Below, one piece after another: positions 36,534 through 47,132 of a stretch of DNA of 64,000 nt; position 1 is the first letter of the stretch, and every line of letters begins with the position of its first letter. Source of the stretch: an uncultured Thermococci archaeon (GTDB taxonomy: Archaea > CAYQAE01 > CAYVLA01). Made by a program: the position numbers and the translations under genes. The stretch covers positions 88,485 through 152,484 of the forward strand of contig CAZJVP010000051.1 in assembly GCA_964549615.1 (NCBI GenBank). The letters are read 5' to 3'. The notes beneath the pieces are model-generated. The model did no database searches. It saw only the letters and a list, made by a program, of their open reading frames with translations, and was not told where the DNA came from.

Positions 36534-37150
36534 GATCTGGCGGAGCCCTGCCGTATGGAGGGCAGCCACGTTTTCTTGAAGTCCCAGTTCCTGAACTTAA
36601 GGTAGCACTCCGCCGCCTTCTCCGGAGCTATCTTGTGTTTGGTGGCCTTCTCGAACCCAGCCGCAAGCTCCAGCGAGTACATCCTTGCCTCTTCCTCGCT
36701 GATGGACATCAAGTCAGCAAGCTGCTTCAGCGTGCTAGCTGGAGCCTTCTCGTTGAGGGCCTCCTTAACTGCTTCCAGTTCTTGGACCTGCACCTTCTCG
36801 GGCGGGGCAGCGCGTGCCTTCGGCCTTGGGCGCGGATGGGGCTTCCTGGCTAGGTAGAAGCCTCGGAGAAGGATGCTCGCCTGATGGTACTCCCCCTTCT
36901 TCATGTGGATCTTGACGGTCTCAAGGGTGTCGATCTTGGCCGAGTAGCGCCGCTCGACCTCCTTCTCGGCCTGCTTGAGCATGTTCTCCAACTTTTTCTT
37001 CAGCGCCCGCCTCTTGTTCTCCTTTTCCGATTCCATCCTGCCTCGAACGATCTCGATCATGCTGTCGACTATCTTCTCGGGAAGATCGCCATGCTCCTCC
37101 GCCATCATGTTCAGGGCGGTCTTCTTGAGTTCATTGAGCCTCCTCGTCAT
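36530..37150 (-). CDS. Hypothetical basic helical protein
   Basis: Lys/Glu-rich coiled-coil-like ORF with GGGAGG RBS. Confidence 0.6.
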   Translation of the reverse strand: MTRRLNELKKTALNMMAEEHGDLPEKIVDSMIEIVRGRMESEKENKRRALKKKLENMLKQAEKEVERRYSAKIDTLETVKIHMKKGEYHQASILLRGFYLARKPHPRPRPKARAAPPEKVQVQELEAVKEALNEKAPASTLKQLADLMSISEEEARMYSLELAAGFEKATKHKIAPEKAAECYLKFRNWDFKKTWLPSIRQGSARS

Positions 37151-37281
37151 GGTCGTCCCTCCCGTATTTGTGCGCCGGATCCTCCTAGCCATAGATATGT
37201 TTTCTCCGGGGTCTCCCAATTGTCGGCGCTTTTCGCACGCTTGATCACAGTTTTCAAGCCCAGCGATGACGCGGGCCCGGT

Positions 37282-38631
37282 GTGGAGTTGGAGTTCGAGA
37301 ACTACTCCCCCCATGTCCGCGCTGCCCTTCAAGATGCCGGGGTCAGACCCGGTGACGTTGTCGAGCTGGTCGCGGAAGGCCACACCCGTCGCGGGATCAT
37401 CCTGCCTCGGCCTCAGATCGGCGGCGACCCGGAATCCATCGTGATCAAGCTGGATAACGGCTACAACATAGGGATCAGGTGGTCGCCCGGGATGAAGATC
37501 AGGAAGATAGCGGCGGGCCGGCCGCTTGAGGTATTCCCGAGCGTTTCGTTTCAGCCTAGACCCGGCTTGCCGGAGATCTCGGTGGTCGCCACGGGAGGCA
37601 CGATCGGCTCAAGGGTCGACTACGAGACGGGCGGGGTGAAGTGGCTGATGGAGCCGGGGCAGATCTTCTTTATGGCCCCTGAGCTTCAGGAGTTGGTGTC
37701 GATCAAGAACGTGGCCGTCCCGTTCCTCATCGGCAGCGAGAATATGTCCGCCTTCCATTGGAAGGAGATCGCACGGTCGGTGGCCCGGGAACTGAACTCC
37801 GGCGTGAGCGGGGCCGTGGTTACACATGGAACCGACACGATGCATTACAGCACTGCCGCCGTGAGTTTCATGCTTCGCAACCTCTCGAAGCCGGTGATGT
37901 TCACAGGGGCGCAGCGCTCGACGGATAGGGGGTCGAGCGACGCGTCAATGAACTTGATTTGCGCGGCGATCGTCGCGGCCAGATCCCCGATCGCGGAGGT
38001 GTGCCTCGTCATGCATGGCTCGATGGAGGACACGTACTGCCTCATCCACCGCGGAACGAGGGTCAGGAAGATGCACACCTCAAGGAGGGACGCCTTCAGG
38101 TCGATCAACGAGTTGCCGATAGGCAGGGTCTGGCCGGATGGCAGAATCCAGACCGATGGCAGATATGTGGAGCGGTCCGACTCCGAGGTTCAGCTGGACG
38201 CGGTATTCGAGGAGAAGGTCGCGCTCCTCAAGTTCCATCCTGGGATGGACCCCGAGATCATAGACTTCTTCGTCGACCGGGGATTCAAAGGGATCTTGAT
38301 CGAGGTGACGGCCCTTGGCCACGTCGCGACGGACGAAAGCCAAAGGAATCTTCTACCGGCCCTCGCTAGGGCCATCGAGGAAGGGGTCGTGGTGGCGGCG
38401 GCGCCGCAGACATTGTACGGACGGACCGATCCTTGGGTTTACAGCGAGGGAAGGAAAGTCCAAGACATCGGCGTCATCTACTGTGGCGACATGTTGCCTG
38501 AAACGGCCTACGTCAAGCTGGGTTGGGTCCTGGGACACGACCCCAGTCCCGAGGAGGCAAGGAAGATGATGCTAACAAACTACGCCGGGGAGACTTCTGC
38601 GGTCTCCGATCCCAGGGCGTTTCTCGCGTAG
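37282..38631 (+). CDS. gatD: Glu-tRNA(Gln) amidotransferase subunit D
   Basis: KLDNGYNIG, TGGTIGSRVDY, HGTDTM, GAQRS.DRGSSD, RKMHTSRRDAF. Confidence 0.97.
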   Translation: MELEFENYSPHVRAALQDAGVRPGDVVELVAEGHTRRGIILPRPQIGGDPESIVIKLDNGYNIGIRWSPGMKIRKIAAGRPLEVFPSVSFQPRPGLPEISVVATGGTIGSRVDYETGGVKWLMEPGQIFFMAPELQELVSIKNVAVPFLIGSENMSAFHWKEIARSVARELNSGVSGAVVTHGTDTMHYSTAAVSFMLRNLSKPVMFTGAQRSTDRGSSDASMNLICAAIVAARSPIAEVCLVMHGSMEDTYCLIHRGTRVRKMHTSRRDAFRSINELPIGRVWPDGRIQTDGRYVERSDSEVQLDAVFEEKVALLKFHPGMDPEIIDFFVDRGFKGILIEVTALGHVATDESQRNLLPALARAIEEGVVVAAAPQTLYGRTDPWVYSEGRKVQDIGVIYCGDMLPETAYVKLGWVLGHDPSPEEARKMMLTNYAGETSAVSDPRAFLA

Positions 38632-38634
38632 GTT

Positions 38635-40518
38635 GTGGCGACCTTGACTATTGACCATGCGAGCGTCGGATTGAAGTGCGGCATCGAGATCCATCAGCGC
38701 TTGAATACGCACAAGCTCTTCTGCGGCTGCTCAAGCGAGCTCAAGGAGCAGGTCCCGGCGCTCGAGGTAAGGAGAAAGCTGAGGGCTGTGGCGGGCGAAC
38801 TGGGTGAGGTGGATAGGGCCGCCCTTCACGAGTACCTGAGGGACAGGGTGTTTCTTTACAACGCCTACCAGGGCGAGACCTGTTTGGTCGAGTTGGACGA
38901 AGAGCCCCCTGCCCCGTTGAATGACGAGGCGCTGGACATAGGCCTTGAGATATGCATGCTGTTCAGTGCATGGATTCCGGACGAGGTCCATGTCATGCGC
39001 AAGACGGTTGTGGACGGCAGCAACACGGGAGGCTTCCAGCGCACGTGCGTCATAGGCATGGATGGCGAGATGGAGGGGCCGAGAGGGAGGGTCGCAGTGC
39101 CAACGATCTGCTTGGAGGAGGAAGCCGCGGGCATCGGGGATCAGAGGGGACCTGCCGTGATCTACAAGCTTGACAGGCTGGGCATACCTCTCGTGGAAGT
39201 CTCTACGGGCCTCCTGGAAGGCTATTCGCCCCGAGAGGTTCAGGAGGTCGCCCACAGGATTGGCATGATCCTCAGGATGACCGGGAAGGTCCAACGCGGG
39301 ATCGGCACGATCAGGCAGGATGTCAACGTATCGGTCGAGGGTGGGGCGAGGGTTGAGATCAAGGGTTTCCAGCAGATAGGTCGCCTCGCTGAGTTGATCG
39401 AGAATGAGGCGCGGCGCCAGATAGCGCTGATAGCCATCAAGGATGAGCTTTCCAGAAGGTCGCCGAAGGTCTTTGATCCCGTTGATGTGACGCAGTTCTT
39501 CTCAGGGGTGAAGACAGGCCCCATCCATTCCGCCCTGGAGGAAGGCGGGGTCGTCCTGTGCCTGAAGCTTGCCGGTTTTGCAGGGATTCTCGGGACGGAG
39601 ATATGTCCCGGCCGCACCTTCGGAAGGGAGCTTGCCGACCATGCACGGGCCTACGGGATCGGTGGAATCATCCATACCGATGAGGATCTCGCGGGCATGG
39701 GACTGGAGGAGACATTCAGACGGCTGCGAGAGCATCTCTCTGCGGGCCAGGGCGATGCCTTGGTGATAGTGGCCGGCGAGCCCATCGCTTGCGGGCGGGC
39801 CGCCAAGGCGGTTGGCGAGAGGGCGGCCTGGGCAAGTAGGGGGATTCCCGAGGAAACTAGGGAGCCGAACCCGGATTGCACGACCAACTACAAGAGGCCT
39901 CTGCCGGGGTCGTCAAGGATGTACCCCGAGACGGACATCCCACCGATTCCCATCTCCCGGGAACGGCTCGAGAGGATCCGGGCCAAGCTTCCCGAGAAGC
40001 CTGAAGAGAAGCGGGCGAGGCTGTTGGCAGCGGGAATGAGCGAGGATCTTGTCGATCAGATCGTGCGGGATGTCAGCCTGCCGCTGTTCGAAGAGGTGAT
40101 GTCAACGGTCAAGGCTGACGCCACGCTCGTGGCCAACACCCTCGTCAATTCATTCAGGAGCCTGAGGCGGGCAGGGGTCAATGTCGATGCGCTCGCCGAT
40201 TCGCAGATCATCGAGTTCTTCGAGCAGCTATCCCTCGGCAGAATAGTGAAGGAGGATATAGAGTCCGTGCTCACTGAGATGGTGCGGGGTAGGCCTTTGG
40301 AGGAGATCCTGCGCGAGCGCGAGAGGATAGGCGAGGAAGAGCTGCGGACGATCATCGAGGGAATCCTGGAGGAGAAATCACAGCTCTTAGCGGAGAGAGG
40401 CGAACGTAGCTTCGGTCCCATCATGGGCGAAGTAATGAAACATGTTCGAGGCAAGATCGATGGGGCCATCGTAGGCAAGGTGCTGAAGGAGCTGATCGAC
40501 AGGAGGCTACGTAGATAG
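38635..40518 (+). CDS. gatE: Glu-tRNA(Gln) amidotransferase subunit E
   Basis: GIEIHQ.L...KLFC, RK.VVDGSNTGGFQRT, LDRLGIPLVE, RGIGTIRQDVNVS, RMYPETD. Confidence 0.97.
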   Translation: MATLTIDHASVGLKCGIEIHQRLNTHKLFCGCSSELKEQVPALEVRRKLRAVAGELGEVDRAALHEYLRDRVFLYNAYQGETCLVELDEEPPAPLNDEALDIGLEICMLFSAWIPDEVHVMRKTVVDGSNTGGFQRTCVIGMDGEMEGPRGRVAVPTICLEEEAAGIGDQRGPAVIYKLDRLGIPLVEVSTGLLEGYSPREVQEVAHRIGMILRMTGKVQRGIGTIRQDVNVSVEGGARVEIKGFQQIGRLAELIENEARRQIALIAIKDELSRRSPKVFDPVDVTQFFSGVKTGPIHSALEEGGVVLCLKLAGFAGILGTEICPGRTFGRELADHARAYGIGGIIHTDEDLAGMGLEETFRRLREHLSAGQGDALVIVAGEPIACGRAAKAVGERAAWASRGIPEETREPNPDCTTNYKRPLPGSSRMYPETDIPPIPISRERLERIRAKLPEKPEEKRARLLAAGMSEDLVDQIVRDVSLPLFEEVMSTVKADATLVANTLVNSFRSLRRAGVNVDALADSQIIEFFEQLSLGRIVKEDIESVLTEMVRGRPLEEILRERERIGEEELRTIIEGILEEKSQLLAERGERSFGPIMGEVMKHVRGKIDGAIVGKVLKELIDRRLRR

Positions 40519-40537
40519 CCAAGATGATGCGGGAATC

Positions 40538-40843
40538 GTGTGCATTGCCGCGGATCTCGGCGATCCGAAAAACCTTTTTCAGCAGGAAGGCGGTCCAGAC
40601 CATGTGGCTGCCTGGGAAGAGGGAAGCAAGATAGTCCAACGCGCGAAGCTCTTCTCAGCGGGCGCCTTCTTCTTGCTGATCCTTCTCTCACTGTTCGCGG
40701 CTGCAAATGGCGACCTATTCAATGCCGCGTACTTCGGGGCACTCTCCCTCGTCTCGCTCGCTCTCTTCTTCTACGTGAGAAGGATCTTCAGGGTGAGGCA
40801 GCCCGGCTCCTACTCCTTGCGCAGGTCGACCCAGAGGCGGTAG
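40538..40843 (+). CDS. Small membrane protein (start uncertain)
   Basis: Two hydrophobic helices. Confidence 0.45.
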   Translation: MCIAADLGDPKNLFQQEGGPDHVAAWEEGSKIVQRAKLFSAGAFFLLILLSLFAAANGDLFNAAYFGALSLVSLALFFYVRRIFRVRQPGSYSLRRSTQRR

Positions 40844-41271
40844 ACGTTTGAGATCCTCTGGATCCTTCCTCGGGACTGCCCGTTGAGTTGGAACTTCACG
40901 AAGTAGCGACCCTCGGGCGGGTTCTGCGCCACGAGGGTGAGCACGAAGGTGAGCCTCCTGGTCTCGCCGCCATCGAGGGGAAACCTTGAGACGTTGTTGA
41001 CGAAGTTGTCCGACGTTTCCTCGATCTTGAATATGCCTCTGCCGTCGGCGTACCAGCTGTAGTTCGTGTATGATGATGCCCCCGCAGGGCTCCTTATCGT
41101 CGCGTTGAGGGATACCGTCTCGTTCGGCCTGATGGTCATGGTGATCTCCTTGGGGCCGGACAGCTCCACCAGGGAGGGCCGGCTCACCATCAAGGCCAAA
41201 ACCATCGCGACGATCACGATAACCGCGAAGACGAGTTTCCAGTACGCGGATTGGTAGCGGTACCTCATCAT
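40810..41271 (-). CDS. Membrane-anchored Ig-like hypothetical protein
   Basis: N-terminal TM, beta-rich domain with several NxS/T sequons. Confidence 0.7.
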   Translation of the reverse strand: MMRYRYQSAYWKLVFAVIVIVAMVLALMVSRPSLVELSGPKEITMTIRPNETVSLNATIRSPAGASSYTNYSWYADGRGIFKIEETSDNFVNNVSRFPLDGGETRRLTFVLTLVAQNPPEGRYFVKFQLNGQSRGRIQRISNVYRLWVDLRKE

Positions 41272-41387
41272 ACGGGTCCCTTGCGTCGCACCACCAATTT
41301 TCCATATAATTCTTTCTCATACCCGTCCTTGGCCGTCTTCGCCAAGATTTATCTAAACGTGCTGGCGAGGCAGAATCGGGAGCGATC

Positions 41388-42350
41388 ATGGCCATCTCGG
41401 TTGGAATCGTCGGTGCAGGCTTCATGGGCGAGACCCACGCCAACTCGCTCCGTAGAGTCGAGGAGGCGCGCGTTTCCTACGTCTGTGACATCGATCCAGC
41501 GAAGGGGAAGCCCCTAGCGGAGTCGGTCGGGGCTGGCTACGTCTCTGACTTCTCCGAACTCCTTTCAAAGGAGCTCGACATCGTTGACGTATGTCTGCCG
41601 ACCCCCCTCCACAGGTTATTTGCGGTCAGGGCGTTGGAGGCGGGTTTCCACGTCTTCATCGAGAAACCACTCGCCATCAACGCGCAGGAGGGTGAAGCGA
41701 TTAGAAGGGCCGCCTCTAGGAGTTCGGGCCTGTGCATGGTGGGGCACGTGCTGAGGTTCTGGCCGGGCTACGCCGAGCTGCGGGAAAGAATCGAGGCGGG
41801 CGAGATCGGGGAACCGAGGCACATCTTGGCGTACAGGGTCGGGCCACCGCCGGCCTGGGCCGGGTGGTACATGGATATGAAGAAGAGCAACGGCGTAATA
41901 TTTGACCTTGGAATACACGACATCGACTACGTGAGGTGGCTCATGGGGCGGCCCAAGGCCGTGTACTCCCAGGTGTACGAGAAGGATGGGGTCCATCTCC
42001 ACGGGCAGGTGCTGCTCGATTACGGGCGGGGCGAAGCGCTATGCGAGTGCAGCTGGGCGGGCTCGCCTAGCTTTCCCTTCACGTCGTACATCGAGGTCGC
42101 AGGGCCCGGCGGGCTGGCGCAGATCGACGCTAGGGCAAACAACGCCTTCGCCATATTCCATCCGGACAAGGCCATCCGGATGGACCCCTACCACGAGGAT
42201 GGCTACGTCAGGGAGCTCAGACACTTCGTGGAATGCGTGAAAAACGGAAGGAAGCCTGCTGTGCCCGTCTCGGAGGGCTTGGCGACCTTAAGGCTTTCGC
42301 TGGCCGCCGTGGAAAGCGCAAAGACGGGACGAAGGGTCTCGCTGGGGTGA
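41388..42350 (+). CDS. Gfo/Idh/MocA oxidoreductase
   Basis: GAGFMG, EKP, DLGIHDID. Confidence 0.93.
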   Translation: MAISVGIVGAGFMGETHANSLRRVEEARVSYVCDIDPAKGKPLAESVGAGYVSDFSELLSKELDIVDVCLPTPLHRLFAVRALEAGFHVFIEKPLAINAQEGEAIRRAASRSSGLCMVGHVLRFWPGYAELRERIEAGEIGEPRHILAYRVGPPPAWAGWYMDMKKSNGVIFDLGIHDIDYVRWLMGRPKAVYSQVYEKDGVHLHGQVLLDYGRGEALCECSWAGSPSFPFTSYIEVAGPGGLAQIDARANNAFAIFHPDKAIRMDPYHEDGYVRELRHFVECVKNGRKPAVPVSEGLATLRLSLAAVESAKTGRRVSLG

Positions 42351-43348
42351 TGAGGATGAAGAAGATCGGGATCGGCATGATCAGCTTCGACCACATGCAT
42401 TCCCGCAGCTACGCCGCATGCTTCAGGCAGATCGGGAAGTGCCAGCTGATCGGCGTGGCGGACGCGGATGAGATGCGGGGACGCGAGATGGCGCAAGCAT
42501 TCTCAACCCGGTTCATGTCCCGGGATGACCTTCTCTCGAGCGAGTCGGTTGATGCCGTCTGCATATGTTCGGCCAACTCGAAGCACAAAGACGATGTGCT
42601 TGCGGCGGCGGAGGCCGGGAAGAACATAATGGTCGAGAAGCCGTTGGCGACGACGATCGCCGACGCGCAGGAGATGATCTCCAAGTGTCGAAGGGCGGGC
42701 GTTCTCCTCCAGGTCGCGTTCGTGATGAGATACAGCCCCATCGTCTTGGAGGTGAAGAAGGCCATCGACTCAGGGTCTGTCGGGGAGATCCTTGCCATCA
42801 GCGGTACGAACCACGGCTCGATGCCGGGTGGCTGGTTCGTTCAGAGAGAACTCAGCGGGGGTGGGGCGATAATAGACCACACCGTGCACGTCGCGGACCT
42901 GATGAACTGGTTCATGCGCGAGAGGGCCAGGAAGGTATTTGCCGTGGGCGGCACCCGGCTTCATGAGGGGCTGGGTGTGGATGACGCCGGATTCGTCTTG
43001 GTGGAGTACGGCCGGGCAGTCGGGTCGATCGACCCGTCGTGGAGCAGGCCAGAGGGATATCCGGTCTGGGGTGACGTCAGGATGCGGGTATTCGCCTCCG
43101 AGGCAACGTTGGAGATCGATGGTTTCAGCCAGGCGATCGGCCTGACGAAGAGGGGAGATCGTCTCAGGCTCGTAGGATATGGTAGCAACGTCGATCTCTA
43201 CACCTGCCTAGATCTAGTTGAGTCGACCGCGAAGGGCGTACAGCCTAGGGCGACCGGGGAGGATGGGTTGGCTGCGCTCGAGATAGCCCTCGCTGCCTAC
43301 AAAAGCCTAGCTACGAAACGCCCCGTCAGGCTACCCCTTGCTGGATGA
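42350..43348 (+). CDS. Gfo/Idh/MocA oxidoreductase
   Basis: EKPLA, GGGAIIDHTVHVAD. Confidence 0.93.
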   Translation: MRMKKIGIGMISFDHMHSRSYAACFRQIGKCQLIGVADADEMRGREMAQAFSTRFMSRDDLLSSESVDAVCICSANSKHKDDVLAAAEAGKNIMVEKPLATTIADAQEMISKCRRAGVLLQVAFVMRYSPIVLEVKKAIDSGSVGEILAISGTNHGSMPGGWFVQRELSGGGAIIDHTVHVADLMNWFMRERARKVFAVGGTRLHEGLGVDDAGFVLVEYGRAVGSIDPSWSRPEGYPVWGDVRMRVFASEATLEIDGFSQAIGLTKRGDRLRLVGYGSNVDLYTCLDLVESTAKGVQPRATGEDGLAALEIALAAYKSLATKRPVRLPLAG

Positions 43349-43777
43349 GAGGGGCGGAAGGTCGAGCTTCCGGAGGCCCATGCGATCCATCAGGACTTCC
43401 AGCCGAGGTGGATCTTGGACCATGAAGAGATGCGTCGGGCACCTGCAGTCAGAACATCCGAAGCGGGGGTGCCCAGCGTAGTGAAGGGAGAGCTTCCGAG
43501 CCACACGGCATTCGGAGGCCTGGGCCGATGCGTACACACAAACGGCCGAGAAACTCGTTGAGTTCGTCAGGAGGTCGATGTGCCACCGAAGAGGCTTGCC
43601 CCTTCTTAGGTGTCTGGACAGCCTGGCGCGCAGGCCTCCCGGGCCCTTGGCCGATCCCACATAGCAGTAGCGGCCGCAGAAAGTCCCAAGCCTGTTGCTG
43701 ATCGGTTCCCCTAGGTTGAAGACGAGGACGTAGGTTCCGGTCTGCATTTGTGCCGTGCCGATCCTGCGTCGGGTCAT
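43331..43777 (-). CDS. DUF123 / GIY-YIG-like nuclease
   Basis: GTY.L, YCYVGSA, RH, WHID, FGCSDCRCPTHL. Confidence 0.85.
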   Translation of the reverse strand: MTRRRIGTAQMQTGTYVLVFNLGEPISNRLGTFCGRYCYVGSAKGPGGLRARLSRHLRRGKPLRWHIDLLTNSTSFSAVCVYASAQASECRVARKLSLHYAGHPRFGCSDCRCPTHLFMVQDPPRLEVLMDRMGLRKLDLPPLSSSKG

Positions 43778-44232
43778 CCTGAGAAGAGCTTGCTGAGCAG
43801 GTACTTTGGATAGCCCAGCTTGGGGATCACGAGTATGACTTTCCCCTGGATCATGTTTGCCCGTATCCCTTCCCTAGGCGCGATGGTGCCAGGGTCGGGG
43901 AAGTTGTTGTGATCGCCCTTGGTTATGTAGTAACCGTCGTTTATGCCTATGATGCGGTGAACAATGGGTTTGGAGTATGCAGGGCTGCGGTAGACGACTA
44001 TGTCAGAGAGCTGGTAGGAGTCCTGTCCTCGGACCACTATGATGTCACCGACGCTCAGATTTGGGACCATGCTCTCGGAGACGACGACCATCAACGGCGA
44101 TCTTGTCGAGAGCACGACGGGCAAGATGACGTTAAGGACGACATAGATCGCCATGATGGCCAGTATCGTCGGTCCCCACTCGCGAAGGATCTTCTTGTTC
44201 GATGATTCAGCCTCAAGGGGCGGGATTCCCAA
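43774..44232 (-). CDS. Signal peptidase I, archaeal/Sec11 type
   Basis: VVSESMVP, GD, IVHR, TKGD.N...D. Confidence 0.92.
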   Translation of the reverse strand: MGIPPLEAESSNKKILREWGPTILAIMAIYVVLNVILPVVLSTRSPLMVVVSESMVPNLSVGDIIVVRGQDSYQLSDIVVYRSPAYSKPIVHRIIGINDGYYITKGDHNNFPDPGTIAPREGIRANMIQGKVILVIPKLGYPKYLLSKLFSG

Positions 44233-44396
44233 GTTCGACTCACTCCGTGTGTTCGGCCACCGGAGGACGGCTATTATCTGTTTTCTCGGAATGCTTGTTT
44301 CCGTTGGAACTTGGCTGTGGCTAAAGGCTACGACGTGGGCCGATCAGCCGAAAACCATTATCACCTGCTCAGACTCGCGGCTGGCTTGGTGTGTGA

Positions 44397-45122
44397 ATGA
44401 TCCAGCTGGAGGAGGGCGTGAGGGTGCCCAAGGACGTATCCGAGTTCGAACTTGAAGGGGCGAGGGACAAGTTCCGCGTCGTAGCTTTGGGCGATTCGAT
44501 CACGGAATGCGCGAACATGAAAAGGGAAGAAGGCTGGCCAGGCTTGCTCGAAAGTCTCCTAGGCCGCGAGACACGTGTGATCAATGCAGGCATCGGTGGC
44601 ACGAGCTCAAGCCTGGGTCTATATAGATGGCGCAGGGATGTGGCCCCAATCAAGCCCCATTGCGTGGTCACATGCTTCTTGCTAAACGACAGCCACATCC
44701 GCCACTACGAGTGCAGCTCGAGCTATCTCGTTCAGTGCACGCCCCACCAGATGGAGGCAAACATGCGAGCAATGTTCGACCTGACGGAGGCCCTGGGTGC
44801 AAAGCCAGTGTTGTGGACGCCGCCCCCCGTCCCCACATGGGGCAACAGGGATCTCAGGCTCAAGATCCAAATGCAGCTTCTCGAGTTCTACGAGTCGATC
44901 CTGGAAACGGTTGCTGAGCAAAGAAACGTGCGGCTGGTGAACTTCTGGAAGACCTTCCCCTCGCTTGTGGAGGAGTACCCAGGCCGTTATTTCAACAGGC
45001 CCGACGGCTATCACTCCACCGTCGAGGCCCAGCCCATCCTTGCTAGAGGGATCCGGGACGCTCTGGCCGACTTCCTTGCGGCTTGGAGATCTCAAGGCCG
45101 TCCCAAGGTTGGGCAGATGTAG
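44397..45122 (+). CDS. SGNH/GDSL hydrolase
   Basis: LGDSIT, NAGIGG, LND, DGYH. Confidence 0.88.
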   Translation: MIQLEEGVRVPKDVSEFELEGARDKFRVVALGDSITECANMKREEGWPGLLESLLGRETRVINAGIGGTSSSLGLYRWRRDVAPIKPHCVVTCFLLNDSHIRHYECSSSYLVQCTPHQMEANMRAMFDLTEALGAKPVLWTPPPVPTWGNRDLRLKIQMQLLEFYESILETVAEQRNVRLVNFWKTFPSLVEEYPGRYFNRPDGYHSTVEAQPILARGIRDALADFLAAWRSQGRPKVGQM

Positions 45123-45375
45123 GGAGGCGGCGTTCGGGCAACGTCAGCCTAGACCCCCAACTTGTGACGACGTAGCCAATCGCGCAGGCCACTATGTAGG
45201 AGAGCATCCTGCGCGCGAAGTCCGTAATCCTAGTATAGGTCGGCTCGGCCAGTATGTCTATGTCCAGGAGGATCGGCCCTCCGACGGCTAGCAGCACGGC
45301 CCCTACGGTCCCGACCAAACCCAGCAGAAAAAGCAGGGAAAAGGCCCTGAAGGATTGGTGGATTATCTTGCCCAT
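45043..45375 (-). CDS. Possible small membrane protein
   Basis: Two hydrophobic segments; overlaps end of the SGNH gene. Confidence 0.35.
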   Translation of the reverse strand: MGKIIHQSFRAFSLLFLLGLVGTVGAVLLAVGGPILLDIDILAEPTYTRITDFARRMLSYIVACAIGYVVTSWGSRLTLPERRLPTSAQPWDGLEISKPQGSRPERPGSL

Positions 45376-45416
45376 TCGGACGATCCTCGCGTGGCTCGCA
45401 TTGGCTTTCCGATTTC

Positions 45417-46847
45417 TTATATCTGTTCCCCGCTCGACGGGCCGAGCTGGTTGGCTCGCAAGAACGACGCGCCAGTTCGATGGCGAAGCTGTTGGGGTCT
45501 GTACCTGTCCAGAAGAAGGATGATGGCTAGACATCCAGCTGAGATCTGGGTAGGATCCGGAATGCTTCTCATGGGGGTCTCATAGTTCGACGTGCCGCGC
45601 GAATCGTGAAAGAGTTGGGGCCAGTCCAGCCTCGATGCTCCTCTCTCTTGGGACGTCAGGGCGTACAGGGGGGCGGACGCAGCACCGACCATGCCGAAGT
45701 AGACCTCGACGGCCCCATCCCAGTCCCCGTCGGCGATCGCAGGCGGGTTCCTTCCCTCAGATATGCCGCCTAGGAATGAGGAGAAGGACGATTCCAGGTT
45801 GCCTGAGCGCGCATCCATCACATAGAGGATCTGGGTTCCGTGCGGCGAAAAGACTGCCTCTTGGATTCCGTCGCCGTCTACGTCGCCCACGACCACGGAC
45901 CCAACCCATCCCTCAGTTCCCACGATCGACTCGTACTTCGTATTCCCGCGTACGTCCAGGACGGTGACCTTGCCGTTTCCGGGCACGAGGGTCTCGAGGC
46001 ATCCATCCATGTCGACGTCGGCCAATGCTCCGGCGTATCGGCTCGGCACATCCGCCGTCCATCTCGTCGATAGCCTGAGAGGATCGATGCAGACCACGCC
46101 CTCGGCCGTGCACACGACCAGCTCAAGGTAGCCGTCTGCATCGATATCGCCGATCATGGGCCACCCGAAGTATGACCGATCCCCGGTCCTGTTGAGCTTT
46201 CTCGTTTCCTTGCCGTTCGCGTCGATGAACCAGATGGACCCCGTCTTGTTCTGGAGCCAGATGACCTCGAGTTTGCCGTTTCTCTGGACATCCGCCACGG
46301 AGATGAAATTCCAGCCGGGGAGCCTCTTCTCGGCCGTCCAGATGATGGAGCCGGTCCGCCCATCGACCGCGTGCAGGCCCCTACCCTCGTCGACGACCAA
46401 GACCTCGTCGAACCCATCCCAGTCAAGGTCGACTACCAAGGGTGCTGACGTGCACAGGCCCTCGAGGTCGAGCTTCCACATGGGCTTGCCATTCGCCTTG
46501 AAGGCGAAGAGAGCGGAGCCGAGTGGGTGCGAGGAGGCTGCAACGACCTCGAGCTTTGAATCCCCGTCAAGGTCGCCAACGGCAACTCCTACCCCTGCCG
46601 ACCCATCGAGAACTGCCTGCCAACTCAGCCTTCCGTCGGCCCCGATGCATTTTAGGACGGGGGGCTCACCGGACTCGATCGCGATGATCTCGTCAATCTG
46701 GTCAAGATTCAGGTCGATCACCCTTGGGCCGGTGATCCATCCTTCGGCCGACGATACGTTCCACTTCAAGAACAGACCTTGCGAGACAACCGCGGGCAAG
46801 ATGAATACGGAGGATATCAGGATCATTGAGGTCTTGACGCGTTGCAT
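45417..46847 (-). CDS. Secreted FG-GAP repeat protein with C-terminal sorting-like signal
   Basis: Repeated D(L/V)DGDG..E motifs, WPQLFHD..GT, IPDP followed by hydrophobic and basic residues. Confidence 0.85.
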   Translation of the reverse strand: MQRVKTSMILISSVFILPAVVSQGLFLKWNVSSAEGWITGPRVIDLNLDQIDEIIAIESGEPPVLKCIGADGRLSWQAVLDGSAGVGVAVGDLDGDSKLEVVAASSHPLGSALFAFKANGKPMWKLDLEGLCTSAPLVVDLDWDGFDEVLVVDEGRGLHAVDGRTGSIIWTAEKRLPGWNFISVADVQRNGKLEVIWLQNKTGSIWFIDANGKETRKLNRTGDRSYFGWPMIGDIDADGYLELVVCTAEGVVCIDPLRLSTRWTADVPSRYAGALADVDMDGCLETLVPGNGKVTVLDVRGNTKYESIVGTEGWVGSVVVGDVDGDGIQEAVFSPHGTQILYVMDARSGNLESSFSSFLGGISEGRNPPAIADGDWDGAVEVYFGMVGAASAPLYALTSQERGASRLDWPQLFHDSRGTSNYETPMRSIPDPTQISAGCLAIILLLDRYRPQQLRHRTGASFLRANQLGPSSGEQI

Positions 46848-47132
46848 CTCGATCGCCTCTTTCGCGCGACCTCAGGGCTTGAAGCTGAATTTGAAGGTGA
46901 GGAGAGGATCGGTTGGCGCCGTTGCGAAATCCTCATGTATCTTGCCTCTCGTCCGAATCCTTGAGGGCGCTATTGCTTTTGCAGCGAACGATCCTGAGCG
47001 GCCTCTGTTCCGGCTCCTGATGGTCTGGGCCTCGGTGGGGCCTGGCGAAGGCGCAGCACACCGCTTTTGGGCCCAGACCGGGGAAAACAAGTTTAACCGA
47101 GCGATCGCCCAGGCCTAAGGGCGTGCGGAACG